NCBI GenBank assembly: GCA_964564695.1
Contig: CAZMCC010000001.1
Location: 2,571-66,570 of the forward strand
Source of the DNA: an uncultured Phycisphaeraceae bacterium
GTDB lineage: Bacteria; Planctomycetota; Phycisphaerae; Phycisphaerales; UBA1924
Length of the DNA: 64,000 bases
Direction of reading: 5' to 3'
Part shown: one piece after another, positions 26,895-35,668 of the stretch
Numbering within the stretch: the first letter of the stretch is position 1
How the letters are laid out: the number at the start of each line of letters is the position of its first letter
Translations under genes and position numbers: made by a program
The notes under the pieces: model-generated
Seen by the model: the letters and a program-made list of their open reading frames with translations, nothing else
Told to the model about the DNA's origin: nothing
The model's database searches: none

Positions 26895-27596
26895 TCAGCT
26901 CCGGCGACGCCGGACAGCGACCAGCCCGCCCAAGCCGAGCAGGGCCGCGGCACCGGGAGCGGGAACCTCGCGGACAGAGATTTCCACGTTGTCGATGCCC
27001 CAGGATTCATCGAGCCCACCCTGCCAGCCAGAGCCGGCGGCGATGAAGTCGATCGTGGCGGTGGAGCCCGTGTGCGGGATGTTCTGCAGCAGCGGCTCAA
27101 GGGTCATGTCGTACGCCTTCTCGCCCCAACTGCCGTTCCAGCCGACGCTGCCGCCGGAGTAGATCAGCCCGGCGGGGACCGCGGGGACGTAGTTCGTGCT
27201 TCCGCTGGCGATGGCGAATGTGGCCTGGAAGACCTGGGTGCCGTCGACCCAGACCTGGAAGTAATCGGGAGCCGGGCTGCCGTTGTCGCTGTCCCACGAG
27301 TCGATCGCCGCGAGCAGGAACCCGACCGAGATCGAGCTGTGCGCCGGGAGCGAACTCAGGCTCAGCGTGGACGCCACCGCCGGGCCGACCGAGTCGTTCC
27401 GCAGCAGGTTGCCGCCAAACAGGTTCGGGGGGTTGCCCATGCCGGTGAACCCGGCGACGGACTCGGCCGTGCCGGCCCCGCTGAACTGGGCCGGGATGCC
27501 GCTGTCAAAGTTGTTGGAGAACACCGTGGTCTGGGCCGTCGCCGTCAACGCACAGACGGCAACCGTCGCCATCCCGATCAGGCTCACGCACTTCAT
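26895..27596 (-). CDS. PEP-CTERM sorting-domain secreted protein
   Basis: Signal peptide MKCVSLIGMATVAVCALTATAQT. C-terminus VPAPGAAALLGLGGLVAVRRRRS (VPAP + TM + Arg cluster, the PEP-CTERM architecture). Confidence 0.75.
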   Translation of the reverse strand: MKCVSLIGMATVAVCALTATAQTTVFSNNFDSGIPAQFSGAGTAESVAGFTGMGNPPNLFGGNLLRNDSVGPAVASTLSLSSLPAHSSISVGFLLAAIDSWDSDNGSPAPDYFQVWVDGTQVFQATFAIASGSTNYVPAVPAGLIYSGGSVGWNGSWGEKAYDMTLEPLLQNIPHTGSTATIDFIAAGSGWQGGLDESWGIDNVEISVREVPAPGAAALLGLGGLVAVRRRRS

Positions 27597-27891
27597 AACA
27601 CATTACTCCAGATTCGCGTTCAGGTGATCGAGGCCGAACCCGCCGCCGGTTCCCTCTCCTTTGAAAGCCTCGACACAGCACACAAACCCTATCCGATACA
27701 ACCGATTTGAGACATGAACTCGGTATTTGTCGCATCAAGATGAGGAAAGACGGAGCCTTGGTAGTTGTCCTGCCAAACGAATTCGGGGGCTTAGGGGCTT
27801 ATTCGGTCCCGGATTTCGCCCTCTGTCATGCCTGACCTTGGCGCACCCCGACATCCTTGTATACTCGCGTTGTCCCTTCGGGAGAGATCAC

Positions 27892-28566
27892 ATGCGTACC
27901 ACCCTCGCGCTGGCCCTCTTTGGCGCCATCGCCGCGTCCGCCTCCGCCCAGCCGTTCTCGAACGTTCGGGACGACCACAAGTTCGCCTGGGGCGAGAACA
28001 TCGGTTTCCTCAACTGGCGCGACGCCGGCAGCGACGTTGAGGGTGTTCGCATCCGGTTCACCTACGGCGGCTTCATGGACGGGTACATCTGGGGCGAGAA
28101 CGTCGGCTGGATCAAGACCGGCAACGGCAACCCCGGCCCGTACGCCAACACCAACAACACCAACTACGGCGTCAACATCAATCTCACGACCGGCAATCTC
28201 AGCGGCTTCGCCTGGGGTGAGAACATCGGCTGGATCAACTTCAGCGGCGGCGCCCTCGCCACCCCAGCGAACCCCGCCCGCGTCGATTTCGTGACCCGGC
28301 GCCTCCGCGGCTACGCCTGGGGCGAGAACGTCGGCTGGATCAACCTCGACAACGCGACCGTCTTCGTCGCCATGTTCTGCCTCACCGACATCAACCAGGA
28401 CGGGATCTCGAACTCCACCGACGTCGGCGAGTTCATCAACCTCTGGTTCCAGGATCAGGTCAAGGGCAGCCTGCAGGCCGACTTCGACGGCAACGGGATC
28501 GTGAACTCCACCGACGTCGGCGAGTTCATCAACGCCTGGTTCAGCGATCAGCTCAACTGCATCTGA
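27892..28566 (+). CDS. Secreted protein with four WGEN(I/V)GW(I)N repeats and a C-terminal dockerin-like tail
   Basis: ATG at 27892 gives MRTTLALALFGAIAASASAQ (signal peptide). Repeats FAWGENIGFLNW, YIWGENVGWIKT, FAWGENIGWINF, YAWGENVGWINL. C-terminus DINQDGISNSTDVGEFINLWF...DFDGNGIVNSTDVGEFINAWF. Confidence 0.75.
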   Translation: MRTTLALALFGAIAASASAQPFSNVRDDHKFAWGENIGFLNWRDAGSDVEGVRIRFTYGGFMDGYIWGENVGWIKTGNGNPGPYANTNNTNYGVNINLTTGNLSGFAWGENIGWINFSGGALATPANPARVDFVTRRLRGYAWGENVGWINLDNATVFVAMFCLTDINQDGISNSTDVGEFINLWFQDQVKGSLQADFDGNGIVNSTDVGEFINAWFSDQLNCI

Positions 28567-28758
28567 GTCGCCTCGCGGCGGCACCACTCGATTTGGTGGA
28601 TTTGCCGCGGTGCATGTGCGCGTTTGCGCGCAGGTTTGTGAACATACCAGACCGTTTGTTCCCGCCGCATTGAGTGGTGCGCGGGGTTGGGGTATCTTGT
28701 CGCTCTTGCGTGCCGTGACGCTCGCGCCCGTGTCCCACCGAACACAGGAGCCGTGCGC

Positions 28759-30327
28759 ATGTCGAGCAAGACGGTCGTCACGAACTATTCCGCCTTCACC
28801 GCGAAGTACGGGGCCGCGGGGGTCAAGCGTCTCAAGCAGGCGGTCACCCGCCTGGTCGCGGCCGACAAGAAGCGGGGCCTGACGACCCGCGTCGCCGATC
28901 TCTCGAACGCCGCCAACATGAAGGCGGCCGGCGGGAAGAAGGTCGATGATCCGCAGGACCGCAAGGCGTGCAAGGCGGCCGTCGACGCGATCTTCCGCAA
29001 GACGCGTCCGGACTACCTCATGCTTCTGGGTTCGGTCGACGTCGTCCCGCACCAGGACATGGACAACCCCTTCGCCGGGGGTGACGACGACCCCACTGTG
29101 CCGGGCGACCTGCCGTACGCCTGCGAGGAGCCGTTCAGCACGCGCACCGAGAAGTTCAAGGGCCCGACGCGCGTCGTCGGGCGCCTCCCCAACGTCACCG
29201 GCGACACGACCCCCGACTACCTCATCGGCCTGCTCGACTCCGCGGCGACCTTCGTCAAGCGCCCGCACAGCGACTACGCCTCGTACCTCGGCCTGACCGC
29301 CGAGGCGTGGGACGCCTCGACGCGCGAAAGCCTCGCGAACATCTTCGGCTCGGCCGACACCATCCAGGGCATTCCCCCGCACGGGCCCGCCTGGGCCGAC
29401 GACATGCTCGGGGCCCGCTGCCACTTCGTGAATTGCCATGGGGCCGACACCGTGGCCGAGTTCTACGGCCAGCCGCGGGGCCGAAACCAGTACCCCATCG
29501 CTCACGAGGCCCGTCGCGTCGTCGGCAAGCTCAGCCAAGGCACGATCGCCGCGGTCGAGTGCTGCTACGGCGGCCAACTCTACAACCCCGAGCCCGCCGG
29601 CGTGCACGCCTCGATCGTCAATACCTACCTCGGGCACGGGTGCTGCGGCTATTTCGGCGCGACCACCATCGCCTATGGCCCGGCGGAGGGCCAGGGCGCG
29701 GCCGATCTCATCTGCCAGTTCTTCATCAAGAACATCCTCAACGGCGCTTCCACCGGACGCGCAGCGCTGATGGCCCGCCAGCAGTTCGTGCAGGCCGCGG
29801 GCACCCTCGACCCGGCCGACGTGAAGACGCTCGGCCAGTTCAACCTGCTGGGCGACCCCTCGGTGCACCCGGTCGAGGCGCCGCCAACGGGGGCCGGCGG
29901 CTCCGAACCGAAGCTGATGAAGGCCGCGGCCGGTATGGCCGGCGCCAAGAGCATGGGCGCCCCGGACCTCCTGCGGACCCTTCGACGCGCCGAGCTGGTC
30001 GACATCGGCCTGCGCCTGGCGAACTCGGCGGCGGCCGCGATGTCGGTAGCGTCCAAGATGCCCGGCGGGCCGATCGTCAAGGCGATGGCGGCCCTCGCCC
30101 ACGCCTCGGGCATCCTCGACCCCAAGTTCATGAGCTTCAAGACCGACGCCCCGGCGCCCAGCGCCTGGTACGCCAAAAGCAAGATGGCCGAGACTCCCAC
30201 GCCCGAGTTCCACGCGGCGGTGGGCCAGGTGGACGCCCCGGACGCCCCATCGGCCCAGTTTTCGGCGGTGGTGGCGACGGTGCTCGAGGGCAAAGTGGTG
30301 AGCGCCCGGCAGCTCTACAGTCGGTGA
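28759..30327 (+). CDS. Peptidase C25 (gingipain)-like clan CD cysteine peptidase homolog, no signal peptide
   Basis: RBS aggag at 28746-28750, ATG at 28759. C25-type landmarks: DYLMLLGSVDVVP, VVGRLP, putative catalytic His227 (FVNCHGAD, codon 29437-29439), Cys268/269 (AAVECCYGG, 29560-29565) and QFNLLGDPSVHP. An unassigned tail of about 170 aa follows. Confidence 0.55.
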   Translation: MSSKTVVTNYSAFTAKYGAAGVKRLKQAVTRLVAADKKRGLTTRVADLSNAANMKAAGGKKVDDPQDRKACKAAVDAIFRKTRPDYLMLLGSVDVVPHQDMDNPFAGGDDDPTVPGDLPYACEEPFSTRTEKFKGPTRVVGRLPNVTGDTTPDYLIGLLDSAATFVKRPHSDYASYLGLTAEAWDASTRESLANIFGSADTIQGIPPHGPAWADDMLGARCHFVNCHGADTVAEFYGQPRGRNQYPIAHEARRVVGKLSQGTIAAVECCYGGQLYNPEPAGVHASIVNTYLGHGCCGYFGATTIAYGPAEGQGAADLICQFFIKNILNGASTGRAALMARQQFVQAAGTLDPADVKTLGQFNLLGDPSVHPVEAPPTGAGGSEPKLMKAAAGMAGAKSMGAPDLLRTLRRAELVDIGLRLANSAAAAMSVASKMPGGPIVKAMAALAHASGILDPKFMSFKTDAPAPSAWYAKSKMAETPTPEFHAAVGQVDAPDAPSAQFSAVVATVLEGKVVSARQLYSR

Positions 30328-30591
30328 GTGAGCGAGAAGATCCAGGGCCATGTGACCCGCGAACCCGTCGCCCCGGGCTCCAAGTCCGACCGTGAGGCGG
30401 TGATGATCCGCGCCGACGACGGGCGCCGCCTGCTCCTGCGCATCAAGGGCAACCCCGCGCTGGGCGACCCCGCCCTCGACGTCCTCGTCGGCAAGCACAT
30501 CGTCGCCGAGGGCGTCGTCACGAGCACGGCGTTCATCATGGAGAGCTTCACCGAGGGCGAAGCACCCCGCGGCGGGAAGCCCCCGCGCTGA
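30328..30591 (+). CDS. Small (87 aa) hypothetical protein directly abutting the C25-like gene
   Basis: GTG at 30328 immediately follows the TGA at 30325-30327 (TGAGTG). The composition looks coding (SEKIQGHVTREPVAPGSKSDREAVMIRADDGRRLLLRIKGNPALGDP...). I recognised no family. Confidence 0.45.
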   Translation: MSEKIQGHVTREPVAPGSKSDREAVMIRADDGRRLLLRIKGNPALGDPALDVLVGKHIVAEGVVTSTAFIMESFTEGEAPRGGKPPR

Positions 30592-30596
30592 CGCGA

Positions 30597-31130
30597 TCAA
30601 TTCAGCAGCTTGCTCCACGCCCCGGATGCTTCGCGCCACGCGCCGCTCTCGACGCAGCCCACGACGACTTCGTCACGCGCGGCGCCGAGGTCGGCGGATG
30701 TCGTCTCGGTCACGCCGGGCGGGCGCGTGGCCCACATCAGCAGCGTCGGCAACACGTACCAGACGAATCCGAAGGTCAGCCCCTTTGCGTTGCGCAGTAG
30801 CGCGTCGGTGTTCCGCGGCTCCTGCTGCAGGCCGACGACGAACCAGCGCACGTTGGACAGCAGGATGAGCGCGGCGATCACCGTGGTCGGGACCATCCAC
30901 CACGGGGCCGTGCGGTGCCACGACGTGCCATAAGCGAAGGGCGCTGCGATATACCCGGTGTGCAGGAGCAGCACGATGACGCCGAAGCCGATCGCCATGG
31001 CCCACTCCTGCCACGTGATGGGGCCTTTGGCGTTCGGGCGCGTCATGCCGAAGAACGTGTACACCGCGACCAGCGAGAAGAACACGCCGGTGATCGCGGG
31101 GAGCGCGAGGAGTATGCGGGCGAAGGGCAT
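30597..31130 (-). CDS. Integral membrane protein (about 4-5 TM), unknown function
   Basis: Hydrophobic segments ILLALPAITGVFFSLVAVYTFF, AMAIGFGVIVLLLHTGYIAAPF, WWMVPTTVIAALILLSNV, FGFVWYVLPTLLMW. It starts 4 nt after the upstream gene. Confidence 0.6.
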   Translation of the reverse strand: MPFARILLALPAITGVFFSLVAVYTFFGMTRPNAKGPITWQEWAMAIGFGVIVLLLHTGYIAAPFAYGTSWHRTAPWWMVPTTVIAALILLSNVRWFVVGLQQEPRNTDALLRNAKGLTFGFVWYVLPTLLMWATRPPGVTETTSADLGAARDEVVVGCVESGAWREASGAWSKLLN

Positions 31131-31133
31131 GGG

Positions 31134-32078
31134 TTATTCCGGCGCGGGTTCGCGCCCGAGGATCGAGATCAGCCGGGCCCGGTCCTGGGCCTGGGCCCGG
31201 TTGAATTGCTCGCCCTCCACCTCGGTGTGGGGATCGGGGTATGTGCTGGACCGCCAGGAGAGGGCGCGGCGGAACGCCTCGTCGCACGCCGTGCGGTCGG
31301 GTTTGCGCTGCTTGACGAGCTGCGCGAGTCGTTCCTCGTAGAGCTGCGAGAGCGGGACCGCGGCGTGGAAGTACGGGTCCACGTTCCTCATGAGCAGCTC
31401 GGCGTCGTCGTAGCGGTCCTGGCCGATGAGCGTGCGGGCGAGCGCGACCGCCTCCTCCTGACGCGGCTTGAGCGCCTCGAGGTCGATAAGCGTGGCGCCC
31501 CGTCCGCGCGGCCAGGCGCCGATCTCGGCGTCGGGCATGTCGCAGATCGGCACCATCGCGTTGGGCACGCACGCGACCGTCGGCCCCTTGGGCGAATCGA
31601 GCTCGATCGAGACGATGCTCTGCTCCAGCATCTTCCCGTAGCTCGGCCACAGCTCGGTGGGGCACAGGGCCTGCACGGTGACGAGGTGCTTGCCGTCCTC
31701 GAACAGCACGAACCGCATGGTCATCGGCGTGCCGTCCTGCTCCTGCTCGGCTTCGCAGAGGATGGCGGGGTGGTTGTGATTCGGTCCGCCGACGTAGCCG
31801 GAGACGAGCCCGGTGATCGTGAGCTTGAAGTGGTCCGCGAGGTAGCGGGCCCAGTCCTCCATGCTCCCGTTCTCGTATGCGGGCCGGGCGGCGACGGCGA
31901 GGAACGCCGCGGCGACCGACGAGCTCAGCAGCGTGAGCGGGAACGACTTCGTGGGGTCGGAGAAGTCGGGCTCTTCGGCGGGCATCGGGGGCTCGACGAA
32001 GTCCTTGGGGACCAGCAGCGAGAACCCCAGGTCGGGGAACTTGGCGGGGAACTGCTTGCGGGTGTGGGACTTGCTCAT
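31134..32078 (-). CDS. Hypothetical cytoplasmic protein
   Basis: 314-aa ORF with balanced composition (MSKSHTRKQFPAKFPDLGFSLLVPKDF...). No recognisable motif. Confidence 0.55.
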   Translation of the reverse strand: MSKSHTRKQFPAKFPDLGFSLLVPKDFVEPPMPAEEPDFSDPTKSFPLTLLSSSVAAAFLAVAARPAYENGSMEDWARYLADHFKLTITGLVSGYVGGPNHNHPAILCEAEQEQDGTPMTMRFVLFEDGKHLVTVQALCPTELWPSYGKMLEQSIVSIELDSPKGPTVACVPNAMVPICDMPDAEIGAWPRGRGATLIDLEALKPRQEEAVALARTLIGQDRYDDAELLMRNVDPYFHAAVPLSQLYEERLAQLVKQRKPDRTACDEAFRRALSWRSSTYPDPHTEVEGEQFNRAQAQDRARLISILGREPAPE

Positions 32079-32232
32079 GGCGCGTGGAACTCCGGGGACA
32101 CACGAGCATGCGAGAAGGGGGCGGCCCGGGGATCACGATTTCTCGCGGAGCGAAATCCCAACCCGGGGCATCCCCGAATCCGCGGTGCCCGCGCGCCGCA
32201 ACGCCGACCGTACCCCCGCGGTATGCGGTAGC

Positions 32233-32773
32233 GTGATCGTGTCCGACCGCCCCATCCCCGACTGTCCCCGCTGCGGCTTTGACCAGTCGGGCCAGGTGGC
32301 GACGTGGCGCGAGGCGTGCCCGTTGGAGGGAGTGTGCACCGAATGCGGGCTGTTGCTGCGATGGGGACTGGTGGTGGGCCGGATGCGACCGACGCGCTGG
32401 TCGCTGGTTCCGCTGCCGATCGCGCTGGGCGGTTGGGCGCTGGTGCGCGATCTTGCGTACACCGCGTACGCGCGCGAGCCCGCCCGGCGGATTCGGGGGC
32501 AGCCCCGGGTGGGTTGAGACGTGCCTTGGTGTGCTGTTCGAGGCGATCTACCTTGGGTGGACGTGGTTTTCCGTGTCGATGGTGGTGACGGCGTATCTGG
32601 TGGTGTGGCTGGGAGTCGCGTATCGGAGGTATCTGCAGCTGCCGCACGCATGGTGGGTGGCGGTGGCGAGCGTGGCGCTGGGGATGCTGACCGGGATGGC
32701 GTTTTGCGCGCTGTTGCCGGGGGGGTTGACGGGACTCATGTGGCCGCGAAGCCCCGGGTGGTTCGGGGAGTGA
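32233..32773 (+). pseudogene. Zinc-ribbon membrane protein split over two frames (frameshift at a G5 run, or two short ORFs)
   Basis: Frame 1 (GTG 32233 to TGA 32517) reads VIVSDRPIPDCPRCGFDQSG...CTECGLLLRW...WSLVPLPIALGGWALV. Frame 2 continues with plausible TM segments (CLGVLFEAIYLGWTWFSVSMVVTAYLVVWLGV...VAVASVALGMLTGMAFCALLPG) to 32773. Deleting one G from the run at 32495-32499 would join the two. Confidence 0.35.
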
Positions 32774-32821
32774 CGCAGCGCCGTCAAGGTCGTGGCACGT
32801 CGCCGGGCGTACGCTCGGGCG

Positions 32822-33370
32822 ATGACGACCCACGCCGACCTCGCCCGCAAGATCGCCGACCTCGCCCTGCTCCGCGGGACGTTCACGCTCCGCTCGGGGC
32901 GGACGAGCAATTACTACCTCGACAAGTACCTGTTCTCGACGCGCCCCGAGGTGCTCAGCGAGCTGGCGAAGCTGTTCGCCGAGCGGATCCGTGCGGTGGA
33001 GACGGCCACCGGCAAGAAAGCCGACCGGCTCGCGGGAGCCGAGCTCGGCGGGATCCCGCTCGTCACGGCGTCGAGCCTCGCGACCGGGCTGCCGTGCATT
33101 TTCGTGCGGAACGCGAAGAAGGGCTACGGCACGTCGAAGCAGATGGAAGGCAAGCTTGAGCCCGGCGAGCGCGTCGTGTTCGTCGAGGACGTCGCGACGA
33201 CCGGGGGCCAGGCGCTCGAAGCGGTCGGGGTGCTCAAGGCGGCGGGCGCGGACGTGCTCGCGGTGATCGCGACGATCGACCGGCAGGAGGGGGCGAGCGA
33301 GGCGTTTGCCAAGGCGGGGGTGCGGTTTGAGGCGTTGTTCACGAAGAAGGATCTGGGGATCAGCGAATGA
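32822..33370 (+). CDS. pyrE: Orotate phosphoribosyltransferase
   Basis: LRGTFTLRSGRTSNYYLDKYLF and the PRPP-binding loop VVFVEDVATTGGQALEAV. ATG at 32822. Confidence 0.85.
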   Translation: MTTHADLARKIADLALLRGTFTLRSGRTSNYYLDKYLFSTRPEVLSELAKLFAERIRAVETATGKKADRLAGAELGGIPLVTASSLATGLPCIFVRNAKKGYGTSKQMEGKLEPGERVVFVEDVATTGGQALEAVGVLKAAGADVLAVIATIDRQEGASEAFAKAGVRFEALFTKKDLGISE

Positions 33371-33375
33371 GAGAC

Positions 33376-33530
33376 GCGAGCGCAAGCGAGTGGTTCGACG
33401 CCGAAGCAGGGACTCACCGCAGAGGCGCAGAGGAACGCCTGGATCGAAATCAAGATTGCCTTCCTCCGCGCTCTCTGCGTCTCTGCGGTGAATCCTGCTT
33501 TCCGGGAATTCACCACTCGCTTGCGCTCGC
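33376..33530. repeat. About 155-nt extended imperfect palindrome (long hairpin) between convergent pyrE and hsp70
   Basis: The outer 18-bp arms are perfect: gcgagcgcaagcgagtgg (33376-33393) / ccactcgcttgcgctcgc (33513-33530). Inner complementary blocks: caccgcagag...gcgcagaggaa versus ttcctccgcgc...ctctgcggtg, and ccgaagcaggga versus tcctgctttccgg. Confidence 0.7.
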
Positions 33531-33535
33531 GGCTC

Positions 33536-35572
33536 TTATTGCAGGCTCTTCTTGATCGCCAGCTCCTGCAGCGGGATGCTCGAGCGGTCGAGCGACTCCT
33601 TGGCCTGCTGGAACTCGTCGGCGTTCACACTCTTCCAGTCGGCCTCGGCCCGCGCGATGAAGGCTCGCACGCCGGCGACCGCACTATCGAGCTGGCTCGC
33701 GTATGCCGGATCCAGCTCCGCCCGGTACCGCTCGAGCTGGCGCGTCACCATGCTCACATCGAGCGTCGCGTGGGAGACGAGGTCCGCGACGCGGTGTCGC
33801 GTCATGTCCTCGCGGGCGTTGGCGAAGCTGTCGGCCTCGATGCGGTCGACTTCCTCGCGCGTGAGGCCGTGGTTGGGGACGATCTGGATGCTCGCCCGCT
33901 TGCCGGAGCGCTCCTCGATCGCCTGCACGCTGAGCACGCCGCTGGCGTCGACGAGGAAGTCGACCGTCACCCGCGGGATGCCCGCGGGCATCGGCGGGAT
34001 GCCGGCGAGGTGGAAGGTGCCGAGGCTGCGGCAGTCGGCGGCCATCTCACGCTCGCCCTGCACGACGTGCAGCTTGATCGACGTCTGGTTGTCGACGCCG
34101 GTGGAGAAGTGCTCGCTCGCCCGCGCGGGGACGGGGCTGTTGCGGATGATGAGCTTCGCGGCCGCCCCGCCGACGGTCTCGATGCCGAGCGACAGCGGGA
34201 TGACGTCGAGCAGCAGGGCGGAGGTCGACGAGCCGGAGAGGATGGCCCCCTGCACCGCGGCGCCGAGGGCCACGACGGTGTCGGGATTGAGGGCCGTGTA
34301 GGGCTCGAGCTTGAAGAGCTCGGCGACGCGCCGGCGGACCAGTGGTGTGCGCGTTGCGCCGCCCACGAGCACGACGGCGGAGATGGGGGCTTCGTCGAGA
34401 TCGCGCCGTGCGTCCCGCATCGCCTGGCGGCAGCGGTCGAGCGTGCGGACGACGAACGGGTCGATGAGCGCCTCGAACTCGGCGCGGGTGAGCGTGCGGT
34501 CGTAGACGCGCGAATCTCCGAGGTCGATGCGGAGCCGGGCCGTCTCGGTGCTCGAGAGCCGGATCTTCGCCTGCTCCGCGAGGTCGCGGAGCGAGCGGCG
34601 GGTGCCGGGGTCGAAGGCGTCGGGCGTGACGCTGAAGCGTTCGCCGATCTCGCGTGTGAAGAGCGCGACGAGGGCGTGGTGGCAGTCGTGGGGGTCGGGG
34701 GCGGTGTCGCCGGACGCTGCGAGAACCGGGAAGTAGTGGGCGGGGGTCTTGTCCGGGCTCGCGTCGTTCACGGCGGCTCCCGGCGTGATGCGGAGGATCG
34801 ACGCGTCGAAGGTTCCGCCGCCGAGGTCATAGACGAGGATGGTCTGGGCGCTCGGTGGCACAGGCATCCCGCCTGTGTTTCCTGTGCCGGCCGAAGCGGC
34901 CGACACAGGCGGGACGCCTGTGCCACCTTGAATGCGAAGGCCCAGGCCGTAGGCGAGTGCGGCGGCCGTGGGCTCGTTGACGATGCGCACGGCGTCGAGG
35001 CCGGCGAGGCGGGCGGCGTCGCGCGTCGCCTGGCGCTGGGCGTCGTCGAAGTAGGCGGGGACGGTGATCACGGCCTTGCGCACCTCGACGCCGAGGGCGG
35101 CGGAGGCCTGGTCCTTGAGTGCGCGGAGGATGAGGGCGGAGACTTCTTGCGGGGAGACGAGCTTTGCGGGTCGGGCCGCCTTCGCAAGCGGGCGTTCACC
35201 CTCAGCTTGCGCTGAGGGCTCGTTCGGAGGGATCTCGACGCGCACGGTGTTGTGCGGGCCGTCGACCACGCGGTACGACAGGTACTTGAGATCGCCCGCC
35301 GCGTCGGCGAGCGAACGGCCCATGAGGCGTTTCACGCTGACCACCGTGGTGAGGGGGAACTCCGCCGCGGCGTCGCGAGCGGCGCGGCCGACCGTCGTTG
35401 TTCCGTCCGCGTTGAACCGAACGGCGGACGGCACGAGCTCACGCCCGTCGCGGTCCGGGATCACGCGCGGGGCGGCGTTCGCCGAGTCGCCCGGCGGCCA
35501 GTGCGCCACCGCGACGAGCGAGTTCGTCGTGCCCAGGTCGATGCCGACGATGGGGTCGGGGGCGGCGGCCAT
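33536..35572 (-). CDS. Hsp70-family chaperone (DnaK/HscA-like paralog)
   Basis: [62 protein letters not shown], plus a substrate-binding domain. A Gly/Pro-rich insert of about 30 aa ([31 protein letters not shown]) sits in the ATPase domain. Confidence 0.85.
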   Translation of the reverse strand: MAAAPDPIVGIDLGTTNSLVAVAHWPPGDSANAAPRVIPDRDGRELVPSAVRFNADGTTTVGRAARDAAAEFPLTTVVSVKRLMGRSLADAAGDLKYLSYRVVDGPHNTVRVEIPPNEPSAQAEGERPLAKAARPAKLVSPQEVSALILRALKDQASAALGVEVRKAVITVPAYFDDAQRQATRDAARLAGLDAVRIVNEPTAAALAYGLGLRIQGGTGVPPVSAASAGTGNTGGMPVPPSAQTILVYDLGGGTFDASILRITPGAAVNDASPDKTPAHYFPVLAASGDTAPDPHDCHHALVALFTREIGERFSVTPDAFDPGTRRSLRDLAEQAKIRLSSTETARLRIDLGDSRVYDRTLTRAEFEALIDPFVVRTLDRCRQAMRDARRDLDEAPISAVVLVGGATRTPLVRRRVAELFKLEPYTALNPDTVVALGAAVQGAILSGSSTSALLLDVIPLSLGIETVGGAAAKLIIRNSPVPARASEHFSTGVDNQTSIKLHVVQGEREMAADCRSLGTFHLAGIPPMPAGIPRVTVDFLVDASGVLSVQAIEERSGKRASIQIVPNHGLTREEVDRIEADSFANAREDMTRHRVADLVSHATLDVSMVTRQLERYRAELDPAYASQLDSAVAGVRAFIARAEADWKSVNADEFQQAKESLDRSSIPLQELAIKKSLQ

Positions 35573-35668
35573 TCGCCGTGACGGTACGCTGATCCGGGCC
35601 TCCTGCGCGAGCGGGAGGTGCTGTGGCTCCGGAACTCGAACACCTCCCGCTTGCGCGGGAGGCTCGGA

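Noticed and set aside
27838-27865. Sigma70-like promoter TTGGCG-N16-TATACT upstream of the WGENxGW gene
   Set aside because: The spacing and hexamers are plausible, but planctomycete promoter consensus is unknown to me. A single match in an AT-richer spacer is weak evidence.
25305-27900. Possible mobile element carrying fic and the PEP-CTERM gene
   Set aside because: No integrase, transposase, tRNA target or flanking direct repeats are visible, and only the fic gene itself shows lower GC. It is reported as a compositional island, not as a mobile element.
27826-30639. 937-aa ORF on the - strand
   Set aside because: It is antisense to two well-supported + strand genes (WGENxGW protein and C25-like peptidase). 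Its low-complexity Arg/Gly/Ala/Val composition marks it as a shadow ORF.
32521-33159. 212-aa + strand ORF overlapping the pyrE region
   Set aside because: It is out of frame with the motif-supported pyrE and has Gly/Arg/Asp-rich composition.
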